Made by a program: the position numbers and the translations under genes. From Narcine bancroftii (Eukaryota), in assembly GCF_036971445.1 (NCBI RefSeq), contig NC_091473.1, positions 207,514,001 to 207,578,000 of the forward strand: a DNA stretch of 64,000 nucleotides, read 5' to 3'. Position 1 is the first letter of the stretch. Every line of letters begins with the position of its first letter. This document shows, in pieces, positions 21,914-35,990 of this stretch. The notes beneath the pieces are model-generated. The model made no database searches, was not told the DNA's origin, and saw only the letters and a program-made list of their open reading frames with translations.

Positions 21914-24880
21914 CTTCTTTCCACCTTTATACTCACTTTTCTTTAACTTGTATTTCTGTGCCTTTGTATTTTCTCTTGTTTTTCCCGACTTTTCTGGAGA
22001 GGGCTGGAGTTCACCGTCCGGCCACTACTCCATCACGTGACTCCTCGAGAAATATGAAACAAAGGGTTGGAGTAAGCGGGTCTTTTTCAGGATGGCAGGA
22101 TGTGACGAGTGGAGTGCCGCAGGGATCGGTATTGGGTCCTCAGTTGTTTGTAATTTATGTAAATGATTTGGATGAGGGGATTATTAATAACATGAGCAAA
22201 TTTGCAGATGACACTAAACTGGGTGGCGGTGTGGGGTGTGAGGAGGATGTCAGGAAAATGCAGAGGGACTTGGATAGGTTGGGGGAGTGGGCTGCTGAAT
22301 GGAAGATGACGTTCAATGTGAGCAAATGTGAGGTTATCCATTTTGGGGGCAATAATAGGAAAGCTGAGTATTATTTAAATGGAGCTAGGGAGTGGGGAGG
22401 TGCAAATGGATCTGGGTCTACTTGTTCACCGGTCACTGAAAGCTAACATGCAGGTTCAGAAAGCTGTGAAGAAGGCAAATGGCATGTTGGCTTTCATAAA
22501 GAGGGGATTGGAGTATAGGAACAAAGACACCCTTCTGCAGTTGTACAGGGCCCTGGTGAGACCCCACCTGGAGTATTGCGTCCAGTTCTGGTCTCCAATT
22601 TTGAGGAAGGACATACGAGCTATAGAGGGTGTGCAGTGCAGATTTACAAGGTTAGTTCCAGGGATGGCGGGGTTGACATATGCTGAAAGGCTAGAAAAAC
22701 TGGACTTGTATCCGATGGAGTTTAGAAGGATGAGGGGGACATGATTGAGGTATACAAAATTATCAGGGGGATAGACAGAGTGAAGTCGGATTACTTGTTC
22801 CCAATGATGGGGGAGACGAGGACTAGAGGGCATAGTTTAAGAATAGAGGGTAGGCCCTTTAGGACGGAGATGAGAAAACATTTTTTTTACCCAGAGAAGT
22901 GTGAATCTGTGGAATGCTCTGCCACAGAGGGTGGTAGAGGCAGATTCACTGATTATGTTCAAAAGAGAGTTAGATAAGACTCTAGTGGGCAAAGGAGTTA
23001 AGGGTTATGGGGATAAGGCTGGAAAGGGGTACTGATAGTAGAGATCAGCCATGATCTAAAATGGCGGTGCTGGCTCGATGGGCTGAAGGGCCTACTCCAG
23101 CTCCTATTGTCTATTGTCTATTTCTCATCAGAGACAATTCATTATCTTCTTCACATGGAGCCCCTGTGGAATCAGTTACTTCCACTGAGCATCGTGAATC
23201 AATGAGAATCCTTTTCTCTGGACTGAGGCTGGGATTCCCTCAGTTTGAATTCAATTAATAAATGCATCCTGGAATAAAACACTCTCTTTGGTGGTGGTGT
23301 GATAGCTACACTACTGTCAAGGTACAAAAAGTACAACCAAGCCACACAGTACAATTCAAACATACTTTATTCTAATAATGCTAGTGGGAATGAGCAGTCG
23401 TTAGTGTTGGGTAGACAAGGTCACCCCAATAAGACTGTTTGGTTTCATTCAAAGAATACGGTCATAGGGTACAATATTTAAGGCATTTTCCTGCATACAA
23501 ATTGGATATCATTTCCTTGAACATATTGTTACAACTTATGTTTTGCATTTTTCATATCCTCTTCCTAAAGATAGGGAAATGGTTTATTGTCAATCATTTA
23601 TTCTTATTTATAAGTCATAATTAAGAGACATGCTTCTTGTATACAAAAACATCAGAAGTCTGGAAGGTTGCTCAAATATCTGTTCTCTGCCTGCCTGATT
23701 TCTAGTTTTCAATTAACACATGCAAATGGATAGTTTCACTCTAATCTTAAATTATTAAAGCTAAGAAGGGCATAAACTTTGCCAACCAGGCACTGAGTGG
23801 CGCCGTCAGTGTTACTGGACGTTTACTGCAGCCTTTGACAACTTACATCGCATCTAACAGGTAGTAAGTAACTCAATCCGCTGTACTTGGGTGGGAAACT
23901 GCCTTTAAAAAAAATTATTAATCATAATAAACCATACAATGAAAAAATACTGCCTAAAAAAACAGAATAAATGCATGATATTTTTATGTAAATAATATCC
24001 CCTTCAATCCCCAACACCCCTACCCTAACCAACCATCCCTCCCCACCCCCTCTAAAAAAGGAAAGAGGAGATCACATAATATAAAACTCATCAATTAGTT
24101 GCCGTGGTTCAGAACAACACCACTAATGTGTGGAAAGGACATTAATAATTCAACCCCATATAATCAAAATACGGGCTCCAAGTTTTAACAAAAAAAGAAT
24201 AATTACTGTAATTTATGTTATCTTTTCCAATGAAATACAAGATCTCATTTCCAAATGCCATTGCTGAATACTCAAGTAAGTCTCGTTTTTCCAAGTAATT
24301 GCCAAACATTTTCCAGCCACAGCTGAAGGCAATCTTAAAATAACAATTTGAAATTTATTTAATTTTAACCCCAAACTCAATCTCTTAATATAACCCAACA
24401 AACATACTATTGGATCAAGTGGAACCTTCAATTTAAAAATAGCTTCTAAAAGTTCCTTACATCTATTCCAAAAAGGTTTCAGCGTCTCACATAGCCAAGT
24501 AGAATGTAAGAAGGAACCGTCTTCCTTATGACATCTAAAATGTAAATCTGAAGAAATAAACATATTTCCTTAATTTCTCCAGAGTTAAATATAATTGATG
24601 AAGAAAATTATAATGAACCAATTGATTCCTTACATCTACAATTTTAGTCATACTATCCTCACATAGATTCATCCAATCATCCTGAGAAATAGATACAGGT
24701 AAATCTTCTTTCCCATTTTAATCCAGATTTATGAACATTCGGCTTAAGCATTTTATTCTGTAATAAAGCATACATCTCAGATGTGAATCCTTTCTTGCCA
24801 CCTTCAGTAAGTAAGATTTCAAATTTAGACCGTCTAGGTAACCGTAAAGTACACCCAAAATTATCCAACAATAAGGTTTT

Positions 24881-27670
24881 TCTTTCTTTCTTTTTCAATC
24901 TTTTTATTATTATTATAATTTATAAACACATACAGTTCAAAGAGATATAAAAAATACATAGCAAGTAATGAATTAATACAGAGATATTAAGCAATAATAT
25001 TACAGAATAAAAATATATCATAAAAAATTTTTTTAGATCAGTTTAGGGTGTGAACTATCTCTAAAAAAAAAGATATAATTAATAACAATATATGAAAAAA
25101 GAGAAAAAAAAACCCCAAAAAAGAAGAAAAAACAAATCTGAATTAAAAAAAACTTAAAAAAAAAACCTACAGATATAGCTAAACCACGCCGATCACTCCG
25201 ATCTCATCTTACAGCCCAATTATCATACATAATCATAGAAAGAAAACGGAGCCAGATCAACTCACCACAAATGAAAATATTCAATAAATGGTCGCCAGGT
25301 TAACTCAAACTTAGAAGGGGATTCATAGACAGAGTTTCTAATTTTCTCTAAATTTAAACATAGTATAGTTTGGGTAAATCATTGGAAAACAGTGGGACGA
25401 TTAACCTCTTTCCAATTCAATAGTATAGATCTTCTAGCCATTAGTGTAAGAAAAGCAATCATACGATCTGCAGGAAGAGATAAATAAGTCAAATCTATCA
25501 TAGGTAATCCAAAAATTGCAGTAATGGGATGTGGTTGTAAATCAAAATTCAAAACAGTAGATATAATGGAAAAAATTTCCTTCCAATAATTCTGTAAAGA
25601 GGGACAGGACCAAAACATATGTGTAAGGGAAGCTATTTCCAATTGACATTTATCACATATAGGATCGATATGAGAATAAAAGCAATGGAGTTTATCTTTA
25701 GACATATGAGCTCTATGAACAACTTTAAACTGTATTAGTGAATGTTTTGCACATAGAGAAGAAGAGTTTACCAGTCGCAGAATTTTATTCCAATTTTCAT
25801 TAGAAATATGAAGGTTGAGTTCTCTTTCCCAATCATTTTTAAACTTTTCAAAAGTCCCAGAATTTATTTTTGTAATTATATTATATAATTTAGATATCAC
25901 ACCTTTTGGAGGGAATTTTGAATATAGTATATCCTCTAAAACAGTCGTAGTCTCCCGATTGGGAAAAGAGGGTAAAGTCGAAACTAAGAAACTCCTAATC
26001 TGCAAATATCGAAAGAAATGAGATTGAGGTAAATCATATTTCATGGATAATTGTTCAAATGACATGAAAGAGTTATCCAAGAATAAATCCGAAAAGCATG
26101 TTATACCTTTAACTTTCCAGAGTAAATAAGCTTGATCAATTAGAGAGGGATGAAAAAGGAAATTTAATACAATAGGAGTTTCCAAGATAAAATGACTTAG
26201 GCCAAAAAATCTCCAGAATTGAAACCATATACGTAGTGTATGTTTAGCCATTGGATTATCAATTTGTTTATATAATTTAGTAAGAGTAAAAGGGAGAGCA
26301 GCTCCCAAAATAGAGCTAATTGAAAAATTTTGTATCGGTTTAATTTCTAAATTTACCCAATGGGGATTTAGAGATAATTCTGAATAATTCAACCAATACC
26401 TTAAGTAACTAATATTAATTGCCCAGTAATAAATTCTAAAGTTGGGTAATGCCAACCCTCCCTCTAGTTTAGATTTCTGTAAATATTTTTTCCCCAATCT
26501 AGGATTCTTGTTTTGCCAGATATACGAGGACAATTTAGAATCGACCTTATCAAAAAAAGATTTAGGAACAAAAATAGGTATAGCTTGGAATATATATAAA
26601 AATTTAGGTAAGATCATCATCTTAATAGCATTAATTTGGCCTATCATGGATAGGGATAATGGTGACCAATTGGTAAGTAAACTGCCGATCAGGTCCAATA
26701 GAGGGAAAAAATTAGTCCTAAACAAATCTTTATGTTTTTTAGTAATCTTAATCCCTAAATATATAAAATGGTCTCTAGCTATTTTAAAAGGTAAACTATC
26801 ATAAATAAGAACCCATCCATTAAAAGGGAATAATTCACTTTTATTTAAGTTCAGTTTATATCCCGAAAAATTACTAAATTGGGCTAATAAAGATAAAACT
26901 GCAGGAATAGAATTTTCAGGATTGGAAATATATAACAATAAATCATCTGCATATAGTGATACTTTATGAATATCCCTGCAACGAATAATACCAATAATAT
27001 TGGGTGCTTCTCTGATAGCAATTGCCAAAGATTCTAAAGCTAAGTTAAATAATAAAGGGCTAAGGGGGCACCCTTGCCTGGTGCCCCGAAATAATCGAAA
27101 ATATGGCAATCTTTGGGTATTAGTAAAAACCGAGGCAACTGGGGAATTATAAAGAAGTTTAATCCAAGATATAAATATCGGACTAAAATTAAATTTTTCA
27201 AGAACTGTAAATAAATAAGGCCATTCTACTCTATCGAAGGCCTTCTCAGCATCTAGTGAAATAACACATTCTGAAGACTTATATGAAGGAGTGTAAATAA
27301 TATTCATCAATCTTCTAATATTAGAGGAGGAATAACGATTTTTAATGAATCCAGTCTGGTCTTCAGAGATAATATATGGTAATATCTTCTCTAGCCTTGT
27401 CGCTAGAATTTTAGAGAAGATCTTAGAATCAACATTCAACAAAAAAATAGGTCTATAAGAAGAACATTCGGTCGGGTCTTTATTTTTTTGTTGAAATTGT
27501 AGCTCTGTAAAATGATTGTGGTAGTTTACCCAATGTGATAGATTCATCAAACATCTTAATCAGCCAGGGAGAGAGAGTAGAAGAAAAAGCTTTATAAAAT
27601 TCCACAGAATATCCATCGGGACCTGGTGCTTTCCCCGAGTTCAGTGAGAAAATAGTATTATTGATCTCCG
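24881..27670 (-). mobile_element. 5'-truncated L1 of another family (11-bp TSD AATAAGGTTTT)
   Basis: TSD at 24870-24880 and 27671-27681; ORF 25379-27550 has RT motifs (YADD) and a CDKC...H...C domain; AATAAA and A-rich tail at the low end. Confidence 0.88.
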
Positions 27671-28138
27671 AATAAGGTTTTAATTTGAGAATAAGAAAAA
27701 AGTGTTCGAAGATATATCATATTTCTTTCATTGTTTGAAATGAAATAACATATCTTGCTTCCATGACAATCTTCTACCAATTTAATGCCCTTTTGATCCC
27801 ACGGAAGTTGATTATGAAGTGTAAAAGGAAAAATATTTTGATACAAAGGGATTTTACCCAAAATTTTACCTTACTATAGCTTCATTTTTTTTATGCCATA
27901 AATCCAATTAAGTGTTTCAACACAGGTAAATTATAATTACTCAATAATTGAAGATTCCCTTTCTAAATAAACTGATCCATCTTCTTCTCACCAATCTGAG
28001 ATAATTCACTATTGGCACATACCAAAGGTTTATCCACTTCAAACATCCTCTTAATAAATTTCAACTGTGCTGATTCGTAATAATTTTGAAAATGCATACA
28101 TTCAAGTTAATTTCTGTAATGATACCCTTACTATTTTA

Positions 28139-31100
28139 CACCATGGTTCGTGTGCCGTGGCCAAGCAAGCTGGGACGTGGCAGCGAGGTCCTTGGGTCGT
28201 AGGTTTTATATCGGAGTGTAAAGGGTGGGGCCAGTACTGCGTGCACTGCACTCCACCTAAAAGCTCCTTTGCGCAGGCCCGAGGACAGGTCCATGTCCTC
28301 CCACTCCACGTCCTCCCCCTCCACGTCCTCCTCCTCCACATCCTCTCCCTCCCCCTCAAAAGATGCTCACAAACTCAAGCTAGCATGCTGGAACATCAGA
28401 AACATGCTAGACAAGGCTGACAGTCACCGACCTGAACGTCGGTCTGCCCTCATTGCACATGAACTCCTCAGACTTAACATCGACATAGCCGCTCTCAGTG
28501 AAGTCCGCCTGGCAGATGTAGGCAGCCTCTAAGAACGCGGCGCGGGCTACACACTCTACTGGTCTGGCAAGCCTTTGGATGAACGACACCTATCTGGTGT
28601 AGGCTTCATGGTCAAGAACTTCATTGCCTCCAAACTCGAAAACCTTCCGACAGGCCACTCGGACCGAATCATGTCCATGCAACTCCCCCTTCAAAACAAG
28701 CGTCGCATCACCCTCATCAGTGTCTATGCTCCAACCCTCCAGGCGGAACCAGCAGAAAAGGACAAGTTCTACACTGACCTGCGCAACCTCATCCAACGCA
28801 CCCCTACAGCCGTCAAGGTTGTCATCCTTGGCGACTTCAACGCTCGCGTCGGCAAAGACTCAGAAACCTGGCCAGGAATCCTGGGCAAGCATGGTGTCGG
28901 CAAGTGCAACGACAATGGGCGCCTCCTGTTGGAGCTTTGCGCAGAACAACGGCTTGTCATTACAAACACCCTTTTTCAGTAGAGGGACAGCCTGAAGACT
29001 ACCTGGATGCATCCCCGATCCAAACACTGGCACCTCCTGGACTACATCCTGGTGCGAGAAAGTGACAAACGAGATGTGCTCCACACCAGGGTCATGCCCA
29101 GCGCAGAATGCCACACTGACCACCGGCTGGTTCGCTGCAAGCTCAACCTTCACTTCAAGCCAAAGCCCAAGAACAGTAAAGCCCCCAGAAAGAGGTTCAA
29201 TGTTGGAAACCTGCAGTCAGACGAAGTGAGAAGACACTTCCAGGCACACCTCAAAGCAAAGCTCGATGATGCAATCCGCCTCACGGACTCGTCCCCTGAA
29301 ACCCTCTGGGATCAGCTGAAGACTACCATACTGCAATCCACTGAAGAGGTACTGGGCTTCTCCTCCAGGAAAAACAAGGACTGGTTCGACGAAAACAGCC
29401 AGGAAATCCAGGAGCTGCTGGCAAAGAAGCGAGCTGCCCACCAGGCTCACCTTACAAAGCCATCTGTCCAGAGAAGAAACAAGCCTTCCGTCGCGCATGC
29501 AGCCATCTTCAGCGCAAACTCCGGGAGATCCAAAATGAGTGGTGGACTAGCCTCGCCAAGCGAACCCAACTCAGCACGGACATTGGCGACTTCAGGGGTT
29601 TCTATGAGGCTCTAAAGGCTGTGTACGGCCCCTCACCCCAAGTCCAAAGCCCGCTGCGCAACTCAGACGGCAAAGTCCTCCTCAGCGACAAGATCTCCAT
29701 CCTCAACCGATGGTCAGAACACTTCCAATCTCTTTTCAGTGCCAACCGCTCAGTCCAAGATTCCGCCCTGCTCCAGCTCCCTCAACAACCCCTAAGGCTA
29801 GAGCTGGATGAGGTCCTCACCCAGGATGAGACATATAAGGCAATCAAACAACTGAAAAGTGGCAAAGCAGCAGGTATGGATGGAATCCCCCCAGAGGTCT
29901 GGAAGGCTGGCGGCAAAATTCTGCATGTCAAACTGCATGAGTTTTTCAAGCTTTGTTGGGACCAAGGAAAACTGCCTCAGGACCTTCGTGATGCCACCAT
30001 CATCACCCTGTACAAAAACAAAGGCGAGAAATCAGACTGCTCAAACTACAGGGGAATCACGCTGATCTCCATTGCATGCAAAATCTTCGCTAGGATTCTC
30101 CTAAATAGAATAATACCTAGTGTCGCCGAGAATATTCTCCCAGAATCACAGTGCGGCTTTCGCGCAAACAGAGGAACTACTGACATGGTTTTTGCCCTCA
30201 GACAGCTCCAAGAAAAGTGCAGAGAACAAAACAAAGGACTCTACATCACCTTTGTTGACCTCACCAAAGCCTTCGACACCGTGAGCAGGAAAGGGCTTTG
30301 GCAAATACTAGAGCGCATCGGATGCCCCCCAAAGTTCCTCAACATGGTTATCCAACTGCACGAAAACCAACAAGGTCGGGTCAGATACAGCAATGAGCTC
30401 TCCGAACCCTTCTCCATTAACAATGGCGTGAAGCAAGGCTGTGTTCTCAGACTAACCCTCTTTTCAATCTTCTTCAGCATGATGCTGAACCAAGCCATGA
30501 AAGACCTCAACAATGAAGACGCTGTTTACATCTGGTACCGCACGGATGGCGGTCTCTTCAATCTGAGGCGCCTGCAAGCTCACACCAAGACACAAGAGAA
30601 ATTTGTCCGTGAACTACTCTTTGCAGACGATGCCGCTTTAGTTGCCCATTCAGAGCCAGCTCTTCAGCGCTTGACGTCCTGTTTTGTGGAAACTGCCAAA
30701 ATGTTTGGCCTGGAAGTCAGCCTGAAGAAAACTGAGGTCCTCCATCAGCCAGCTCCCCACCATGATTACCAGCCCCCCCACATCTCCATCGGGCACACAA
30801 AACTCAAAACGGTCAACCAGTTTACCTATCTCGGCTGCACCATTTCATCAGATGCAAGGATCAACAATGAGATAGACAACAGACTCACCAAGGCAAATAG
30901 CGCCTTTGGAAGACTACACAAAAGAGTCTGGAAAAACAACCAACTGAAAAACCTCACAAAGATAAGCGTATACAGAGCCGTTGTCATACCCACACTCCTG
31001 TTCGGCTCCGAATCATGGGTCCTCTACCGGCATCACCTACGGCTCCTAGAACGCTTCCACCAGCGTTGTCTCCGCTCCATCCTTAACATTCATTGGAGCG

Positions 31101-31606
31101 CTTTCATCCCTAACGTCGAAGTACTCGAGATGGCAGAGGTCGACAGCATCGAGTCCACACTGCTGAAGATCCAGCTGCGCTGGGTGGGTCACGTCTCCAG
31201 AATGGAGGACCATCACCTTCCCAAGATCGTGTTATATGGCGAGCTCTCCACTGGCCACCGTGACAGAGGTGCACCAAAGAAAAGGTACAAGGACTGCCTA
31301 AAGAAATGTCTTGGTGCCTGCCACATTGACCACCGCCAGTGGGCTGATATCGCCTCAAACCGTGCATCTTGGCACCTCACATTTTGGCGGGCAGCAACCT
31401 CCTTTGAAGAAGACTGCAGAGCCCACCTCACTGACAAAAGGCAAAGGAGGAAAAACCCAACACCCAACCCCAACCAACCAATTTTCCCCTGCAACCGTGT
31501 CTGCCTGTCCCGCATCGGACTTGTCAGCCACCAACGAGCCTGCAGCTGACGTGGACTTTTACCCCCTCCATAAATCTTCGTCCGCGAAGCCAAGCCAAAA
31601 AAAAGA
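28139..31606 (+). mobile_element. Near full-length RTE-clade LINE (AviRTE/BovB-like), 15-bp TSD ACCCTTACTATTTTA
   Basis: TSD at 28124-28138 and 31607-31621; single EN-RT frame (ACWNIR, ALSEVR, YAPT, GDFNARVG, TDH, FVDLTKAFDTV, GVKQGCVL, LFADD) broken by stops at 28530 and 28980 and a frameshift near 29465. Confidence 0.93.
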
Positions 31607-31943
31607 ACCCTTACTATTTTATCTTTCCATAGAAACTTACTCATCAGAGCATTTAAGTCTTTAAAATTTTTTTTGAGGAATCTTACAAGGGACAGACTGA
31701 AAGATATATTGAATTCGAGGAAAATATTCATTTTAATACAATTAACGCATCCCATTTATGTAATAGGTAAATCTTTCTTCCAATTCAAGTTATATTTAAT
31801 TTTAGTCAATAAAGGGCAGGTAATTCAATTTGTATAAATGATCATAATTACCATCTTAACACCTAAATACTTAATCTGATCTGACCATTTAAATTTCACA
31901 ATATGCCTGCACAAAGAAAAGGATTACATTTCAGCTAAAGACA

Positions 31944-32336
31944 TAATCTCACTCTTTTCCCAATTAATTTTATAAACTGATATTTCACCATACTGCTCCA
32001 GTCTAACATGCAAATTCCTGTGTTAAACCTCACAAAGATAAGCGTATACAGAGCCGTTGTCATACCCACACTCCTGTTCGGCTCCGAATCATGGGTCCTC
32101 TACCGGCATCACCTACGGCTCCTAGAACGCTTCCACCAGCGTTGTCTCCGCTCCATCCTTAACATTCATTGGAGCGCTTTCATCCCTAACGTCGAAGTAC
32201 TCGAGATGGCAGAGGTCGACAGCATCGAGTCCACACTGCTGAAGATCCCAATTAATCTCACTCTTTTCCCAATTAATTTTATAAACTGATATTTCACCAT
32301 ACTGCTCCAGTCTAACATGCAAATTCCTGTGTTAAA
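31944..32336 (+). repeat. 84-bp direct duplication (31944-32027 / 32253-32336) flanking a ~224-bp copy of RTE sequence 30949-31172
   Basis: Direct comparison; insert has no RTE 3' tail; microhomologies at junctions. Confidence 0.9.
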
Positions 32337-35300
32337 TCTATCAAAACATCATTTGCAAACAAATTTATTTTAAATTAATCAGATTTCACCTTAATACCTT
32401 CAATATTACTATCTTGTCTATTCATCTGAGCCTAAGGTTCAATAACCAATGCAAATAGAGCTGGTGACAAAGGGCAGCCTTGCCTAGTAAATCGAGTTAA
32501 CATAAAAGGTGAAGATAACTGTCCATTTGTCACAACTCTAGCAGTAGGGCTTCTATATAGGGCCTTAATCCAACCAATAAAAAAAAAGGGTCAAGTTAAA
32601 TTTCTCCAAAACTTTAAATAAAAAAACTCCATTCTACTCTATCAAAGGCATTCTCTGCATCAAGAGAAATAACCATTGGTTGGTTAGATTGCTCTTGAGA
32701 AGCATTAATTAAAGAAATCAACTTTACAATATTATCTGCTGAATATTGATTTTTAATAAAACCTACTTGATCTACATGAATTAAACCTGGTAAACATTTA
32801 GCTAACCTGTGAGCTAGAATTTTTAAAAAATCAACATTCAATAAAGAGATAGGTCTATAAGACCCTGCTTTTAATGGGTCCCTATCTTTCTGAGGAGTAA
32901 CTAATAATTGCTTTAGAAAAGGTATCCGGAAAAGAATGAACCTCTGTTGCCTGTTTCAATACATCCATCAATAAAGGAATTAATAAGTCCTGAAATTCTT
33001 TATAAAATTCAGAAGTAAAATCATCATCTCCTGGAGACTTCCCACTAGGCATAGATCAGTGCATTTGTTACTTCTTTAACAGTAAAGGAAGCATCCAAAT
33101 CCTTAATATCCTTCTCATTCAAAAAAGGTAAATCCAAATTTGATAAAAAATTATCAATTTTAGCTTCATCTTCAGAAGTATACAATTTTTCATAAATTGA
33201 TTTCCTGAGGTTTATATTTTATCATTGAATCATATCTAATAGCTTTTATTGTTCTAGAAGCTTGTTCCCATTTTAACTGCCAAGCTATTACTTTATGAAC
33301 TCTTTCACCCAATTCATAATATCTCTGTCTAGTTCTCTGTACTAATTTCTCAAATTTATGTTTGTAACGAATGATATCGTAATTTCATATTAACTAAGCG
33401 TACTTTCTTAACTTCCTTTTCCAAAGTTTCTATCTCCTCCTCCAATCTACTAACTTCAGCTATATGTTGTTTCTTAATTTTAACAGTATAACGAATGATT
33501 TGTCCCCTTAAATAAGCTTTTAAAACATCCCATAAAACAAATTTACCATCAACTGAACCGATATTTATTTTCAAAAAAATCTGTATTTGATCCCTTATAC
33601 ATTTACAGAATGTAGCATTTTTCAACAGCAATGAATTAAATGTCCAACGATAAACATTCTCAATTCTCTCTGAACCAGTACACATTATTAATAGCAAAGA
33701 ATGATCAGACAAAATCCTACTCTTATATTCAGCCTTCAAAACCCAGCCTTGTAATTGTGCTGATACTAAAGATAAATCTATTCCAAAATAAGAATCATGA
33801 CAAAATGAATAGAACAATAAATCTTTCTCTTTAGGATTTAACCTTCCCCATATATCTACTACATTCATGTCTTTCATTAACGCCATAAACTGCTTGGCCA
33901 TTTTGATCATAATTACTGATTTTGGAGATTTATCTAATAATGGATCCAAACAACAATTAAAATTACCTCCTATTAAATGCCTAATTTAAATTAGAAAAAG
34001 AATCCAACATAAATTCCTCATCATCTAATATTAGGAGTATAAATACTCATTAAAGTCCAACACTCAGAAAAGTTTTTAAAATTGACAATCAAAAGCCTAC
34101 CAACTGACTCAATAACTGATTCAATGACCTGCCTTTTGACAGCTCGTTGACTCTATTGGTAGTCAGTTAACACTATTGTTTTTAAGGCATCAGGATATCT
34201 GGAGCCTGGGGGTTTTGTAGAAGAGATGAGATTTGATTCCTGTCTAGGAGGTTTGTTAGCTTTAAACTTATAACCTGTTCTCTGGAAGCTTCTGATTGAG
34301 TAAAACATGCTAGTTTTCTTATAAACAATTTTTGTAGCTATATTTTAAACACAACTTTCTACATTTCTCCTATGAACTCAACCTTCTACATTTTGAGAGT
34401 GGGGATTGTAAAGTATTTGTGCTGTTATAAAACCCACTGTTCATTAACAGAGGAGATCTATCACCCATATGTAGTCTGGATGCATGTGACTCCAGACCTG
34501 CAGTTATATGGCCAAGCCCTGGTCCAGCAAGACCCTCAGTTCAAGAGCGATCAATGAGGAACATGAAATTGTGAATGAATATGATTCCTCTGTGACGGAG
34601 CTTTGGGGGCACCTGACATCTGGGTTTGAATCAGTTTTCTGTGACTGTGCTCCAGTGAAGTGGTGCGGTGTTTTAATATTTGAAAATAACTATTTGAAAG
34701 AAAGATGTGGACAACTTGCTCTCCAGCAACAACAGAGCAAACTATAAATCTGGAGAATAACAGAAATCTCCCTCATGCTGCAGTTTGGGAATTTTTTTGG
34801 AACAGATGTACTTTCCCGTTTCATTTTAAAATCGTTTGTTTCCTGTGTTCTGCAAAGCCACTGGTTTCCTCAAGCACCATCGTCACATCAGTTAAACTGC
34901 AGTTCACCATTTACACAATCGGTCACTTTGGTCCACGAGGGCTGTGTTTGGTCTCAAGGAGGGTGATTATGTTTGTGTCAGGGTTGAAACCTTCACGACA
35001 TTCAGCGGTATTTAGAGCATGGTATTTAGAACAGATGTAATGAACTCTGTGCCTGTCTGGCAGGACACATTTCATTTGATGATATATGATGTTGTCTCTT
35101 ACTCAACCCTTCTTTCTTTTAGCAAGTGTTGAGCAATTTAAAAACATATGACAGGTACCTGGTGTTAGTCCAGATAAGATTTATCACAGTGTGTGGTCTG
35201 AAGTTTGTAAAGTGAGGTGTGTGGTTTCAGGGATATTTCTTTCGGAATATTGGTTTAATCAGTACAGTGATGTTGTTGAACGTTTGTTTGTTGTTCAGTC

Positions 35301-35990
35301 CCATCCCATATCAATGACACAATCTGATGCTCAGCCATCTCTGGTGAGAGGCAGTTTCCCCTCATAAGTTCTCACAATGTCGAGATAATTCTCTTTTTTG
35401 CAAAATACTGATATTATTCTATTAACCTTTGGGTGATTACACCCACACACACCCTTCAGTGGCATTCCTTGTGATCACTGAGTTTCTCTCTTGGACTGAG
35501 TTCAGTGTCCAGGAAGTGAGTGAACAGAATGCTTTCAATGTTTGCTGTCCATCCCTTTCACACCAAGCACGCAAGTTTGGTCAGGTCACTGGTGGGGTCC
35601 TGTGGTTTGTCTCACTGATTTGTCACAGGCCCCTTTTCTTACAGGTTGTCACATCCTGTAACTAAACCAAGGTGATATTTCACCCCTGTGCATCTTCACC
35701 ACTTCCTGCCCCAAGCCACTGGCTGAGATGTAGTTTCTGGTTCTTGCTGACTGGCATCAGACCTGGAAGGAAGGTGGTGAAGGGAAGTGGGGCTGGAATC
35801 TGAATCACACTGAAACAGCAATGTCCACAAATGAATGAGTGTACACTTGAGGTATGGAGGGGAGATGGGGCAACTTGAATTGGTGCTTTGTTCTCTGCTG
35901 CACTTTGATCTCAGTGGATATGGTGGGATAGATTTGAATCCAGAAAATGGATTGTAATAAAATTCATTGACGAATTCCACATGCAGCCAA

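Larger units (their letters stand above)
16043..22047 (-). mobile_element. Full-length L1 retrotransposon, copy A (18-bp TSD AGAAATATGAAACAAAGG)
   Basis: TSD at 16025-16042 and 22048-22065; poly(A) at 16043; ORF1 and ORF2 present; near-identical to 36884-42864. Confidence 0.95.
15681..23121 (+). mobile_element. 5'-truncated CR1 LINE split by L1 copy A
   Basis: RT motifs YRPVSLTSVVGK, YLDFQKAFDKVPH (15734-16040), then after the L1 GVPQGSVLGP, KFADDTKL, RPHLEYCVQFW; tail ctattgtctattgtcta at ~23104-23121. Confidence 0.9.
23905..34090 (-). mobile_element. Old degraded L1 (ORF2 only), host of three nested insertions
   Basis: Collinear minus-strand ORF2 fragments: EN (SDHS, 33356-33949), RT (LDAENAFDRVEW, 32614-32841), INCIKMNIF (~31740), C-terminus (24213-24563). 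Confidence 0.85.

Noticed and set aside
23225-23730. Octamer ATGCAAAT (23720-23727) and a kB-like GGGATTCCC in unique intronic DNA as an Ig enhancer
   Set aside because: Short motifs expected by chance in 64 kb; the octamer also occurs inside L1 sequence (e.g. 32008); no clustering evidence.
34880-35030. Possible second secretory exon on the minus strand (ends DCVNGELQFN*)
   Set aside because: No clear AG acceptor, frames are interrupted, and similarity to the real tail is too weak.
35185-35225. CACAGTG heptamer as a possible RSS
   Set aside because: No ACAAAAACC-like nonamer at either spacing and no adjacent coding segment.
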